64,000 nucleotides of DNA from assembly GCF_018977255.1 (NCBI RefSeq), contig NW_024704742.1, forward strand, positions 93,188,001-93,252,000. The letters run 5' to 3'. This stretch comes from Callorhinchus milii (taxonomy: Eukaryota). A program made the translations under genes and the position numbers. Shown here one piece after another: positions 12,522-22,993 of the stretch; the first letter of the stretch is position 1; each line of letters starts with the position of its first letter. The notes beneath the pieces are model-generated. The model had not been told where the DNA came from, did no database searches, and was given only the letters and a program-made list of their open reading frames with translations.

Positions 12522-15394
12522 AATATACTGTAAAGTGAATGTGTATTGAGATAAGCCAACTTAGCAGAGGCTTGTGATATAACTTTAGAGTAGTCTACAA
12601 TAGCTCAACACCTCACCACATGGTATATTTACAAACGGAGATATTGGGGAGCCTCATTTTGTCGCTTAGAATTTACAGTTTATTTCTGCACAGAGAACTG
12701 AATGCACGTGCCATGCAAAGATTCAAAAGCAGGACATTTTGACGACAACAGAACAAGATGGATACTGTCTCTCTGTTAGGGTTACGAATGTTATCATCTG
12801 TTCAGACACCACCCATACTGAACTTGGTTGTATATTTGGGTGCTGTCTCTTTGTATAAAGCCAAACAGTATGTTATGCAGAGAGGCAGCATGTATATTGG
12901 TCTTGCCCTTCAAAACTGAGACTATTTGCTTAGGGGCAGGGCAATGTGTGTCTCCAGTGGAAAAACACCATTCATTTTAAAGTGTCGGATTGGAGGTTAT
13001 TGGAGGTCTAGATAAACCATACAGAGAGCCAACTTCCATACTGTACTTGTCACGACAATATGAAAGTTCAACTCTCTGTATGGGCAACTGATTCTTCTCT
13101 CTGAAAAAACAGCCTAATGAATAATAACATAATAATCCTTGCATTAGATATAACGCCTTATCATGTCGTTGAGACTTCTCAAAGCACTTCACAGAATATA
13201 TTGTAAAGTGTATATTGACTATATGTTTTGTAGTCATTTCCAGATCGTGCTCCTTTAAGACAGATGTTTGTGTTCGAGAGATGAGCTTTCTCATCCGAGA
13301 AGGGCCTTTCTGAAGCTGACAAAGCAGTCAGTTCTGAGTTTAACTCTTTGTTGTCCAATGGAAAATCAAACACTTTAACATTGCACTGCAGAATATGCCA
13401 ACTACGTCAATTTATTCACTGTGATTTAAGTAAACATTGTAATGTTTACTTAATTACACAACAAACATATGATTATAGATAAGGTTGCTGGGCTAAGTCT
13501 TCAAGCAGAAAGCTGTGTTTTACATCAGGAGCTAAAAGGCTTACAACTAATTTAACCTTTATTACTGTATTTGCAGTTCAGCACATCCACTTTCTTATGT
13601 TTTGACTGGCCTAGGCACGCTGTTTCCCTCGTTTTTTGACTGGTATAGTATCACAGAGTAATCTCTCACGCCTTCAGTCTGGTTCCTTGGAGTGTCTCTT
13701 CGGATCTTGGGCCTTCCTGCCTTGACACTTCTTGACAAGTTAAGAAGGTAGCTTAACTTTTGATGATAGAGTTTATAATCTTTTATTTCTGCCAACAAAC
13801 TCTCTTTTTTCGCTCTCCCTATCGTAAAAAAAAATCCTCGAGGAGTTTCTCCTTCATTTTCTCCTTTGATTCTCGTACATATCTTTCATAACAAATCTCC
13901 CATTTTATTAACTTTGTCTCGTATAGGACACCTCCCTTTGGGTGGAGGTTAGCTCATTAGCTTCAAATCATTTCTTTGTGAGCATTTTTACTTGCCTGGT
14001 TCATTTTGGCCAAATTGCCACTCAGCTCTAACCGGATTTCCTATTTATTGATAAGATTCCTTTTAATTGGGAAAACCCTAAATGTACAGGGTTGTACATC
14101 ACTTCATACATTTGGTGGTTACTGTATATTGGATTCCTCCCTTTTATGAGGAGATGGTTTTAGAAAGTTACAAAAATAAATTGCAATTATTTTGCTCACA
14201 AAATATACAGTCAATTCACTTTACAGTATATTCTGTGAAGCGCTTTGAGATATCTTGAAGATGTGATAAGGTGCTATATAAAATGCAAGGATTATTATTA
14301 TTATATAGTCGTTCAGCTTCCCAGAAACTTCTGCAGTTTGGGTACGTTTGACCAAAATTAACCCCTTCTGCACAATTTGAGCTGATGCTGGCCTAACCAC
14401 CAATTTCAATGCGGGTAATTCCTACATCTGTAATGAGAAATCCCATGATAAACAAAATACTGTAAAGTGAAATGATTGTGTACATTGTACACTGAACAGG
14501 CAGCTGAACTTCGGTTTAATGTCTCAGGGTTTAACAGTCAAGGCAGATACTCTAGTGTAGTGCTTGGCAGAGTGCTGTGTCGTTGGGGGTGCCACCCTTT
14601 AGATGAAATGATAAATCGAGATACTGTCCGCCTGTTCGAGTGGACATTATAGATCCCATGGCACTATTCCAAAAGAGAAGGGAGTTACTTCCAGTATCCT
14701 GGCCAACAATCTCCCAGATAAAAATAATCATTCATTTCCTGGCTATTTGTTGGAAATTGCTATGTACAAATTGACTACTGTGTTCACGTATAAATACAGT
14801 TACTACACTTTACAGAAAATCTTAAAAAGCACCTTGAACTTTATTGGCAATGTGAATAAATGCTATATCAAATGTAAGATTTATTATAACCTGTGCCTAA
14901 TACTCACCGGATTTAGGTGTGCAGAGTCCATCCAGGGAGAGAGCGCACATTCCATACACAAATAAATTTCCATGTGTAGATGCTACGCATATGTGCAACT
15001 CCCAGTCTGGGTAATTTTAAGCAGTGAATGGTTTCTGCATGTCAAACACCAGACTGACCAAACAACACACTTGCCCTTCAAGCATCCACACATATAGTTT
15101 CATACTGTTATTGAAGCGTGCAGCTTGTTTTATAATCTTATTGGCAGCTCTTCTGATGGTGGAGTATAAATTTGTCACGAGAGTAATTTAGAGATATGGA
15201 AATGTAATACTTGTCCAGACATAGACTTTATTCTAATAAATCAAAGTACTGCCTAGAATTGCAAACAAGTGTAATAACAGGACACAGCTTCGCTTTTGAG
15301 AGCAACTCTACAGTGTTAATTCACAGAACAATCGATAGGATGAATAGTACATCGCTGAACCAACAAATATTTGTTTTAAATGGCATGTGGTTAC

Positions 15395-15456
15395 CTGGGA
15401 CACGGAGGGTCTCCTTTGATGTCTTTCTTGATCCAGTGGCCACTCGCCAATGCCAT
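15395..15456 (-). CDS. Kelch-repeat protein (RABEPK/KLHDC-like), coding exon 1: MALASGHWIKKDIKGDPPCP(R)
   Basis: ATG at 15456 in aacATGG context; donor ag|gtaacc at 15394; 62 nt, ending in phase 2, which joins the next exon to give the kelch motif W..K..G.PP.PRHGH. Confidence 0.85.
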
Positions 15457-15695
15457 GTTGGGTTTCTTGCTGCAAACAGATCGCGTTCGAGTCAAGTGTA
15501 TCCTTTATGGAAACCTTGAAACCCAGGGGTTTTGTATTGCTCCCTTTACCGAGTGCTATTATAAAAGTCTGTCTCGGAAATGGCACTTTAAAAAACATAT
15601 GCAAACCCACAGGTAAAGCTATGATGCTGCAGCTCTATCTTAAGGGTGCAATAAATGTGTCTTTTCACCCCCTGTCTCGGCTTTGACCAACTTAC

Positions 15696-15770
15696 GGATT
15701 CTGATCCCTGGTTCTGTGCTATTTGATGACTCTCACATTGCAGGGACGCTGTTGCTATGGTATCTGTTCA
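15696..15770 (-). other. Putative non-coding 5'UTR exon of the kelch gene (intron ~15470-15695)
   Basis: Donor cc|gtaagt at 15695 and acceptor tttgcag at 15470, 13 nt before the ATG; the 5' end of the exon is not determinable. Confidence 0.45.
15751..15764. promoter_or_regulatory. RFX X-box-like motif GTTGCTATGGTATC near the presumed kelch-gene TSS; ETS-like TTCCGG at ~15791
   Basis: Close match to the X-box palindrome GTTGCYATGGYAAC, about 300 bp upstream of the ATG. Confidence 0.45.
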
Positions 15771-18751
15771 CCATCACATCCAAACAGCATTTCCGGGTTA
15801 ATTTGCCACAGTAAGAAACCCAAGGACAGCAGCAGCAGCACTGCAGTCGGTGCACAGGGACAGGAGGCTGTGTTCACAGGGGTCTTGCACTGACTGCCTT
15901 CTCACCAGCTCATTGCCAGCAGCAGAGAGAATATATGAAGGAATATCATTACTACTGACTGTGCTTTGCTTTTATTTAATTAGATGTCCCTGCATTTATC
16001 TGAGTGCATGGGATTACATGCATCGTGCAAGTGTTTGGAAATAAATCAATGCCACCTTTTCACTACATTGAATCAGACACAGATTATCCTCTCAAATCAT
16101 CATGTGTGACCTACCTGGTTTGATAAATGTACAGGGCCAAATGAATGGAATCCTCACTTAGCTGATAAACCGACTACCATTGAGGTAACTTTTGACATGA
16201 TCTGGAATAAAGTTGATAGCATATATTTCTGCATGCATTTCCATCTCCTAAAGGTGGAGCCTCCATGTTGATAAATTGTACTGTAATACTTTTGTTCTGG
16301 TCAGCCTGTTCCTCCATTCAACTCTAAATCTTGCTGGTTGCTAATGACGAGTCAGAGTATCTCCATGGTCCCAACCCAAACACAGGTCACGACTTGTATA
16401 AATTTCAAGCCATGTCAATTTGGTTCTTGTAATCCCTGCCAATATTTCAGAACTTGATGGAGCTCATTTGGCAGTCCTCCACGAACAGCTGAAATGACCC
16501 AGAAAAGGATTTGATAAGGTCCAATTACCAATCTGTACATATATTGTATATTTGAAACAATAGATCCCAGCACACGTTTCTGATAGTATGTGGCTACATA
16601 TAACCAAGAGCTGCAAGACAATGTACCTCTAGAAACAATAATCCTATCCCACCGTTGAGTTACTAAAACATTCATAGTTGGGGAAATGTGATTTTACAAA
16701 CCTGTGCAAACACATGCTGGGTAGTTATGTTCCATTGGACCTGCTAAAAGCTATATCAAGTCTAAAGCTATCATGGTATTAGTATTTCCCACAACAGGTA
16801 GGTGAGTCGGATATTTTGAGCTGTTTTTAGCTGCCTATCTGAAGCCAAGAGAATCTGGTAAATGTAAATTTTGTATTGCATTGTACTTTACCACAGTTCA
16901 GGTCTCATTATTACCATGGGTCCAGTTGTCATTTTTGAGCATTGAAAGCAGCCTCTCTAGGTTTATCCACCGTATACCCCAACTCAGAAAACGTTAGGCC
17001 AGATTCCCATGAATAAGATCAAGAAAGGTTATTTTTGGTGTTCGAAAATGATCTCTGCTACATGTAAATCCAAGATTGTAGTACCAAGGATTTTTAAAAA
17101 ATCTATGCATTTCACGTAGCACTTTATCATGCTATCGAAATTTCTCAATGCTCTTCACTGGGTCTACTCTAAAGTAGTGATTGTGTATTTTTTAGGCAAA
17201 CGCGTAAAGCAAATTTGTAAATAGTGATGTCCCACAAACAGCCATGAAGTGAATGACCAATTTTTTTTCTGGGAGATTATTGGCCAGGAGAGAAACTCCC
17301 TTCACGTCTCAAGTAGTGCTGAGGGATTCTTAAGGAGGGAGGGGGGAATAGCAAAATGCAGCTTAATTTTGAACCTTCTATGGGAATGGAATGTGTTGAG
17401 GAATACCACAACACAGAATCTTTATATAAGGGGATTTGAAACCCAGACTTTGTGTATTAGTTAAATTGTCTCTGTTCAAAACCGGATTTATAATGCAGTA
17501 ACATTCTAGCCTTTAGAATCTGTAAAATATGCACTCTGTACAATGTTCACATTGTGTTTGCCCTGGCAATTCTCTGTAGAACATTATCCAGATTATCTTG
17601 GGCAGCCTTCTGCATTTTTCCTGAGTTTTTTTCTTACATTAAGTAGCTTGTTTTAACCACATCCACCCTAGAAGCATCTTGCCAACATATGATTAGCAGC
17701 AACTCAGTCATCCGATACAAACTAGATCACATTTTACAGTCTAATACTGTGGGAAAATGGCAAAACCCAAATTTATATTGTGCACCAATAATTAGGCAGG
17801 AAACCTTTATAAAAACATGTACAAGATCACAAGATTGTTTTTGAAGAAGAAAGCTATATGGCCCATTTGATGTCACCCTTCCAGAATACCTACCTTAGAA
17901 TATTCCAATCACAGCATCAAGATGTTTCCTAAATGACCCAATGGCCTTGGCCCCATTTCACTCCTTTTGGTAACCAATTCTGCCCTGCATCTGTGACTTC
18001 TTGTCCTGCTACCTTGCAGTACATAGACCATTACGCTGTGTGTGTGACCCCGAGTGTATATGAGAGCCAGAGCCTTGTATATGTGACTGTGCATATATGT
18101 GATAAACTGCTGTCCAGTATATGCAACCCTGCATATAGTAACCAAATGCTGCCCTGCGTATGTGCCAATGTGTATAGAACAAACTTTGCCTTTATGTGCA
18201 ACCCTGTGGGTATGTGACATGGTCCTGCCATGTATAATAATAATAATCCTTGCATTTGTTACATTGTCTTTCACGTGATCTACATGTCTCAAAGAGCTTC
18301 ACAGGATACACTGTGAAGCGGATTGACTGTGTGTTTTATTAGCGAAATGCAACAGCCAGTTGCACACGGGAATGCCCCACAAACAGTCATTGGAATAAGT
18401 GACCAATTTTATTTGGGGGATTATTGGACAGGACACTGGGAGAAACGCCCTTATCTTTTCAAATAGTGCCATGGGATCTTTAATATCCACCTGAACAGAC
18501 AGATGAGACCTCGGTTTAACAACTCATCCAAGGGATGGCACCTCCGAGAATGCAACACTCCCCCAGCACGTTGTTGAGAAATCTCAAAGCTCTTCACAGA
18601 ATATTGTAAAGTGGATTCACTGTGTACTTTGTGGGAGAAAGGTGGCAGCCAATTGCACACAGGAGTGTCCCACAAACAGTCGTGGATTCAGTGACCAATT
18701 TTTTTTCGAGGGATTATTACCACCAATTGACTAACAACCGTGTTCCTACTT

Positions 18752-21330
18752 ACAACAACAACTAGCATGTATATAGCGTCCTTACTGCAGAATAGCATCC
18801 ATGAGTGCTTGACAGTGGTGGAGTCTGATGCCGAGCCAGGGGGAAGAGGGAGGTGACCGTAAGCATGATCAAAAATTAAGGTCTTGAGGTGGGATTTGAA
18901 GTTGGGGAAAGAGGGAGCAAGGTGGAGGGATCGAGGGAGAGAGTTTTGGGGTGTAGTGACTGAAGGCAATGCCACCGATGGTGGAGCAGAGGTCACGAGG
19001 GACAAACAGGAGGCTTGAGCCATCTGAGCAGAGGCAGCGTGTGGTGGAGTAGTGGGTAACAAGTGAGAGGAGTTTGAAATTGATCCATTGCGTAATTGGG
19101 AGCCGGGAAACCTGGCAATTACTAGCGTGATGGGGGTAGTTCTGTAGCTCAGTGGTTAGAGCACTCGCTTTGCAAGCGGGAGACCTGAGTTCAATTCCAG
19201 GCAGCGCGAAACCTTGGGCAAGTTTCCTTACTCCACACATCTAATAATAATTCCTCCAAAAAAACAAAAACAATAATAAATTGGTCATTTTCAATCAATG
19301 ACTGTTTGTGGGACACTGCTGTGCTCAATTGGCTGCCGCGTTCGCCCACAAATATATAGTCAATTCACTTTACAGTATATTCTGTGAAGCGCTTTGGGAC
19401 GTCCTCCGGATGTGAAAAGCACTATATCAAATGCAAGGATTATTATTATTACAGAGATTTGTAGGATGAGTATCCGGGCATGGAGTTTTAGGTTAATTGA
19501 ATTTTGTGTATGGTGGAGCTGGGGCGACCAGCGAGGAGAGCATTGGGAAGCCAGGAAGTGATGAAGGTGTGGACAAGAGTCTCAGCTGTGTTGGTGTTGA
19601 GGTACAGACAGAGGCGGGCAATGTGATGGAGGTGTAAAAAAGCAGTCCTGGTCAGGGAACGGATGTGGGATAGAAAAGAAAGCTGGGGATGGAACCTGAT
19701 GCCTAGGTTGCGCATAGGTTCGGTGAGTCTGAGGGAGAGCCTGGGGAGTTCAGATCCACAGGAGAGAAGACATTGACGGGAGCCAAACACTATGGCTTCC
19801 ATCTTTCCAACTTTCAGCTGCGGGAAATTTGCACTCATCCAGGCCTTGATGTCTGTCAAACAAGCTAACAGGACATCAGTGAGTCGCAGCTGGAGAAGTA
19901 GATTTGGGTGTCATCCATATACATGTGGAAGTTGACCCCCACTTCTACGGATGACATCACCGAGAGGGAGCATGTAGATAAAGAAAAGATGGGGACCAAG
20001 GATGGAGCCTTGAGGTACCCTCACAGGTAACCTGGCAGGACGGGAGTTGAAATCATTTGCCAAGATGTATTATTGGCAGTTTGTTAAGTAGGACTTGAAC
20101 CATGCAAGTGTGGTCTCACTAAGAACAACAACTTGGATTTATATAGCACCCTCCAGGCCGGACGGCGTCTCAGAGCTCATCAGCGGACTGGGAATTGCAG
20201 CTGGAGGAGAAGTAGATTTGGGTGTCATCCGCATACATACATATCCACTAAGGTGAATAAGGGAGGAGAGGCAGTGGAGGAGGATAACATGATTGACCTT
20301 GTTGAACGTGGTGGAGAGGGCCAGGAGAACGAGGAGGCAGCGGGAGCCCTGGTCAGAGAGAGAGGACTTCATTTGTTACTTTGACAAGCGCTATCTCTGT
20401 GCTATGGGCAGGGCGGAAATCGGACAGGAGGGTTTGAGTAGGGAGTGGATGGAGAGGTGTGAGTGAAGTTGATTTGCAACCATGCGTTCCAAAACTTTGG
20501 CCAAGAAGGGCAGGGTTTAGATGGTTCTGAAGTTTGTGAGGTTGGAGGGATCGAGGGTAAGTTATTTAAGAATAGGAGTGATGACAGCAGTATTGAGGGG
20601 GAGTGGGACAGAATCTGAGGAGAGGGACTGGTTGAGCAGTGGGGATTGGGTAGGGGGAGTTGACTAACCAGAAGCTGAGTGGGGAGGAGATTGAGGCAGC
20701 AGATGGTGGGTTTCATCTGGTTGATGGTGGGGAAATGGAGGAGGGAGAGATATGGGCAAAGGAGTGTAGGGGTAGGAGGAGAGGCTGATGAAGGCGGTAG
20801 GGGGTGTTGATAGGCGACATGAGGGTGGGATGGGGAGGAGGATGCCGTCTATCTTAAAGATAAAGAAGTCTAGGACCTTTTTGGACTTGGCAACTTGGCA
20901 TCGGATCACTACAGATGGAAGGCCAGAGGGAGAAGGTCCAAGGAGGAGAGGGCGTCTGTGAGGGACTTGGGTGGAAGCTTTTTTCATGGTGGAAAAAGAT
21001 GGTAGAGGGCTTGGAGGAGGGAAGGTTGTCAAATATCAGGGGGGAGAGTTAGGAAGGATATGGATCAGAGAAGTGGGGTTTACCTGTCGGAGGCAGGCCT
21101 TGCGAGTAGGTGGGTGATGGGGCAGTTGGGGTGGCTGCTCTGGGACAACCATCACCGAGGATGCCCAAGCTGGAGCAGAGGGAGGCTGTGGAAGGGTCCA
21201 AGAGGGAGAGAAGATAGGGAGGGCAGGAAGAGAGGACTGAGTTGGAGTAACAAAAAATAGGAGTGGGGGCATTTTGGGAGGGGGTGACTCAGGTCAGGGG
21301 TCACTTAGGTCAGGGGTACTTCTGTGTACC
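18752..21330 (-). mobile_element. Degenerate L2 LINE (RT and 3' region) interrupted by a SINE
   Basis: ORF pieces DIKAWMSANFPQLKVGKMEA..., RCLLVLLALSTTFNKVNH; (TTG)n tail at 18752; many frameshifts. Confidence 0.85.
19133..19450 (+). mobile_element. Young DeuSINE inserted into an L2
   Basis: A/B boxes, Deu core and (TTA)n tail; L2 sequence on both sides. Confidence 0.9.
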
Positions 21331-21621
21331 TTACTGCCAGGTAAACACAGGCGTGTGGAGTAAGGAAACTTGCCTAAGGTTTCAGCCTGCCCAGGAATTC
21401 AACCCAGGTCTTCTTGCTTGTGAGGCGAGTGCGCTAACCATTAATTGACAGGACTCCACGGGAGAAAATGAGAGAGAGTAAAGAAAGAGAAGAGAGAGAC
21501 AGAGAGGAAAGAGAGAGAGAGAGAGAGGAAGGACACACAGAGAGGAGGAGTGGTATCTTCTCTGATCTTCATGTATATGTTGTCTTCCACAGGTTGCTGG
21601 CCCTCAGATGTGACCACCAGC

Positions 21622-21741
21622 TCCCCCCCTCCTCCTTCTTCTTCTTCTCCTCCTTCTTCTTCTTCTTCTTCTCCTCCTCCTTCTTCTTCTCCTCCTCCTT
21701 CTTCTTCTCCTCCTCCTTCTTCTCCTGCTTCTTCTCCTCCT
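21622..21741. repeat. Compound (CTT)n/(CCT)n pure-pyrimidine microsatellite, preceded by a GA-rich tract at 21468-21548
   Basis: Directly visible. Confidence 0.9.
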
Positions 21742-21886
21742 TGAGCAGTTGCTGCCATGAGCTTGTGTCGTGTGTGCATTTATTTAAATACGAGGGGGGG
21801 GGGGGTTGGTTGGTTGGTTGTTTGCATTAGACGAGTTGCTGCAATGTGGTGTTTGAATTTGGCGCCACTGTGGTGTGTGTGTGTGT

Positions 21887-21966
21887 GGGAGGGCTGGAGG
21901 GAGGAGGAGGGGGAGGGCTGGAGGGAGGAGGAGGGGGAGGGCTGGAGGGAGTGGAGGGGGGGGGGA
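21887..21966. repeat. 24-bp G-rich tandem repeat x3 plus a poly-G run, upstream of MFSD14
   Basis: Unit gggagggctggagggaggaggagg at 21887, 21911 and 21935. Confidence 0.85.
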
Positions 21967-22194
21967 GCTGCTTGTTTCTCGCGGTGCTGTGGTGTGAGTG
22001 AGTGAGAGTGAGTGAGTGCCTGGGGCTGAGTTGGAGCAATTGCTGGAGAGGAATACAATGTAACCCGCAACCACACACACTGACACATCCACATCCTCCC
22101 ACACCCACACAGACACCCACCCACCCACCCAGAGACCAGCAGACAGACACACACACACAGACACACAGACACACACACAGACACAGACAGACAG

Positions 22195-22510
22195 AGACAG
22201 ACGGACCGCTCCATGACTGAGTGCGCGGCCGAGCTCCCTCTGCAGACACTGAGCGGCGGCATCGACACCCAGCAGCCGGCCCGCAGCCCGCAGCCCCCCG
22301 CCGCCCGGGAGCGGCAGCAGCAGCAGGAGGTGGTGGTGGGGGCCGTGGCCGCCGATGCCCGACTGCCAGGCAGTCTGATAAAATGTGACAAGATGACCCA
22401 GGAGAAGAAGAAGAAGAAGAAGCAGCAGCAGCCGCCGCCGCCGCGGGCGAACCGCACCGTCATGTTGGCTAAAAAGATTATCATGAGGGAGGGCAGCGGG
22501 GTAAGCCACT
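22195..22510 (+). promoter_or_regulatory. CpG island covering the MFSD14 5'UTR and exon 1
   Basis: High GC with dense CpG, in contrast to the CpG-depleted surroundings. Confidence 0.8.
22393..22500 (+). CDS. MFSD14B: MFSD14 (HIAT1/HIATL1) family MFS transporter, coding exon 1: MTQEKKKKKKQQQPPPPRANRTVMLAKKIIMREGSG
   Basis: Recognised similarity to the HIAT1-family N-terminus (MTQ.KKKK..ANR..MLAKKII); donor gtaagc at 22501, phase 0; lies in a CpG island. A versus B paralog assignment is uncertain. Confidence 0.85.
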
Positions 22511-22962
22511 GCTTCACTGGGTCTGGGTCTGGGTCTGGCTGTGTTTTATTTTATTTTATTTTGTTTTGTTTTGTTCGGCTCTATTGGGCTGTCATTGCAG
22601 TAGGAAAAAAATGTAGTAGTAGTTTTAATAATAATAATAATAATAATAATGATGATGATGATAATTATCCCATCCCATCCCCCGCGCCGCTTTGTTTTGG
22701 GTAGTTTTGAACCCCTTCTGCCACCATTTCTACCCCTCCCTCTCCCCTCTCCCCCCCCCAAAAAAAAATAAAATAAAATAAAATAAAATGACACCCCCCC
22801 ACCACCACCACCGCCTCCTATCGCTGCTTAAATAAATCTGCGGAGAATTAACTACACTCTCAACGTGGACCTGAGGCCACAGTCCGGGTCTGTGCTCCCT
22901 CTGTTACCCCGAGACACCCCTCTCTCTCTCTCTCTCTCTTTATTAATTATTTTTAATAAATA

Positions 22963-22993
<31 letters not shown>

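Noticed and set aside
13426..13453. AT-rich 13-bp-arm inverted repeat ttaagtaaacatt-gt-aatgtttacttaa
   Set aside because: Short, AT-rich and without supporting context; probably a local template-switch scar
16700..16800. Minus-strand NTMIALDLI*LLAG, reminiscent of a retroviral env immunosuppressive motif
   Set aside because: Too short and degenerate; no LTRs, pol or CX6CC motif seen to support it
15770..22200. Shared bidirectional promoter for the two divergent genes
   Set aside because: The presumed 5' ends are ~6.5 kb apart and separated by TEs; no evidence for a kelch UTR exon at the CpG island
21441..22517. Long overlapping ORFs (245, 241, 140, 120 and 112 aa) around the CpG island
   Set aside because: They result from microsatellites and GC-rich stop-poor sequence; low-complexity translations with no domain
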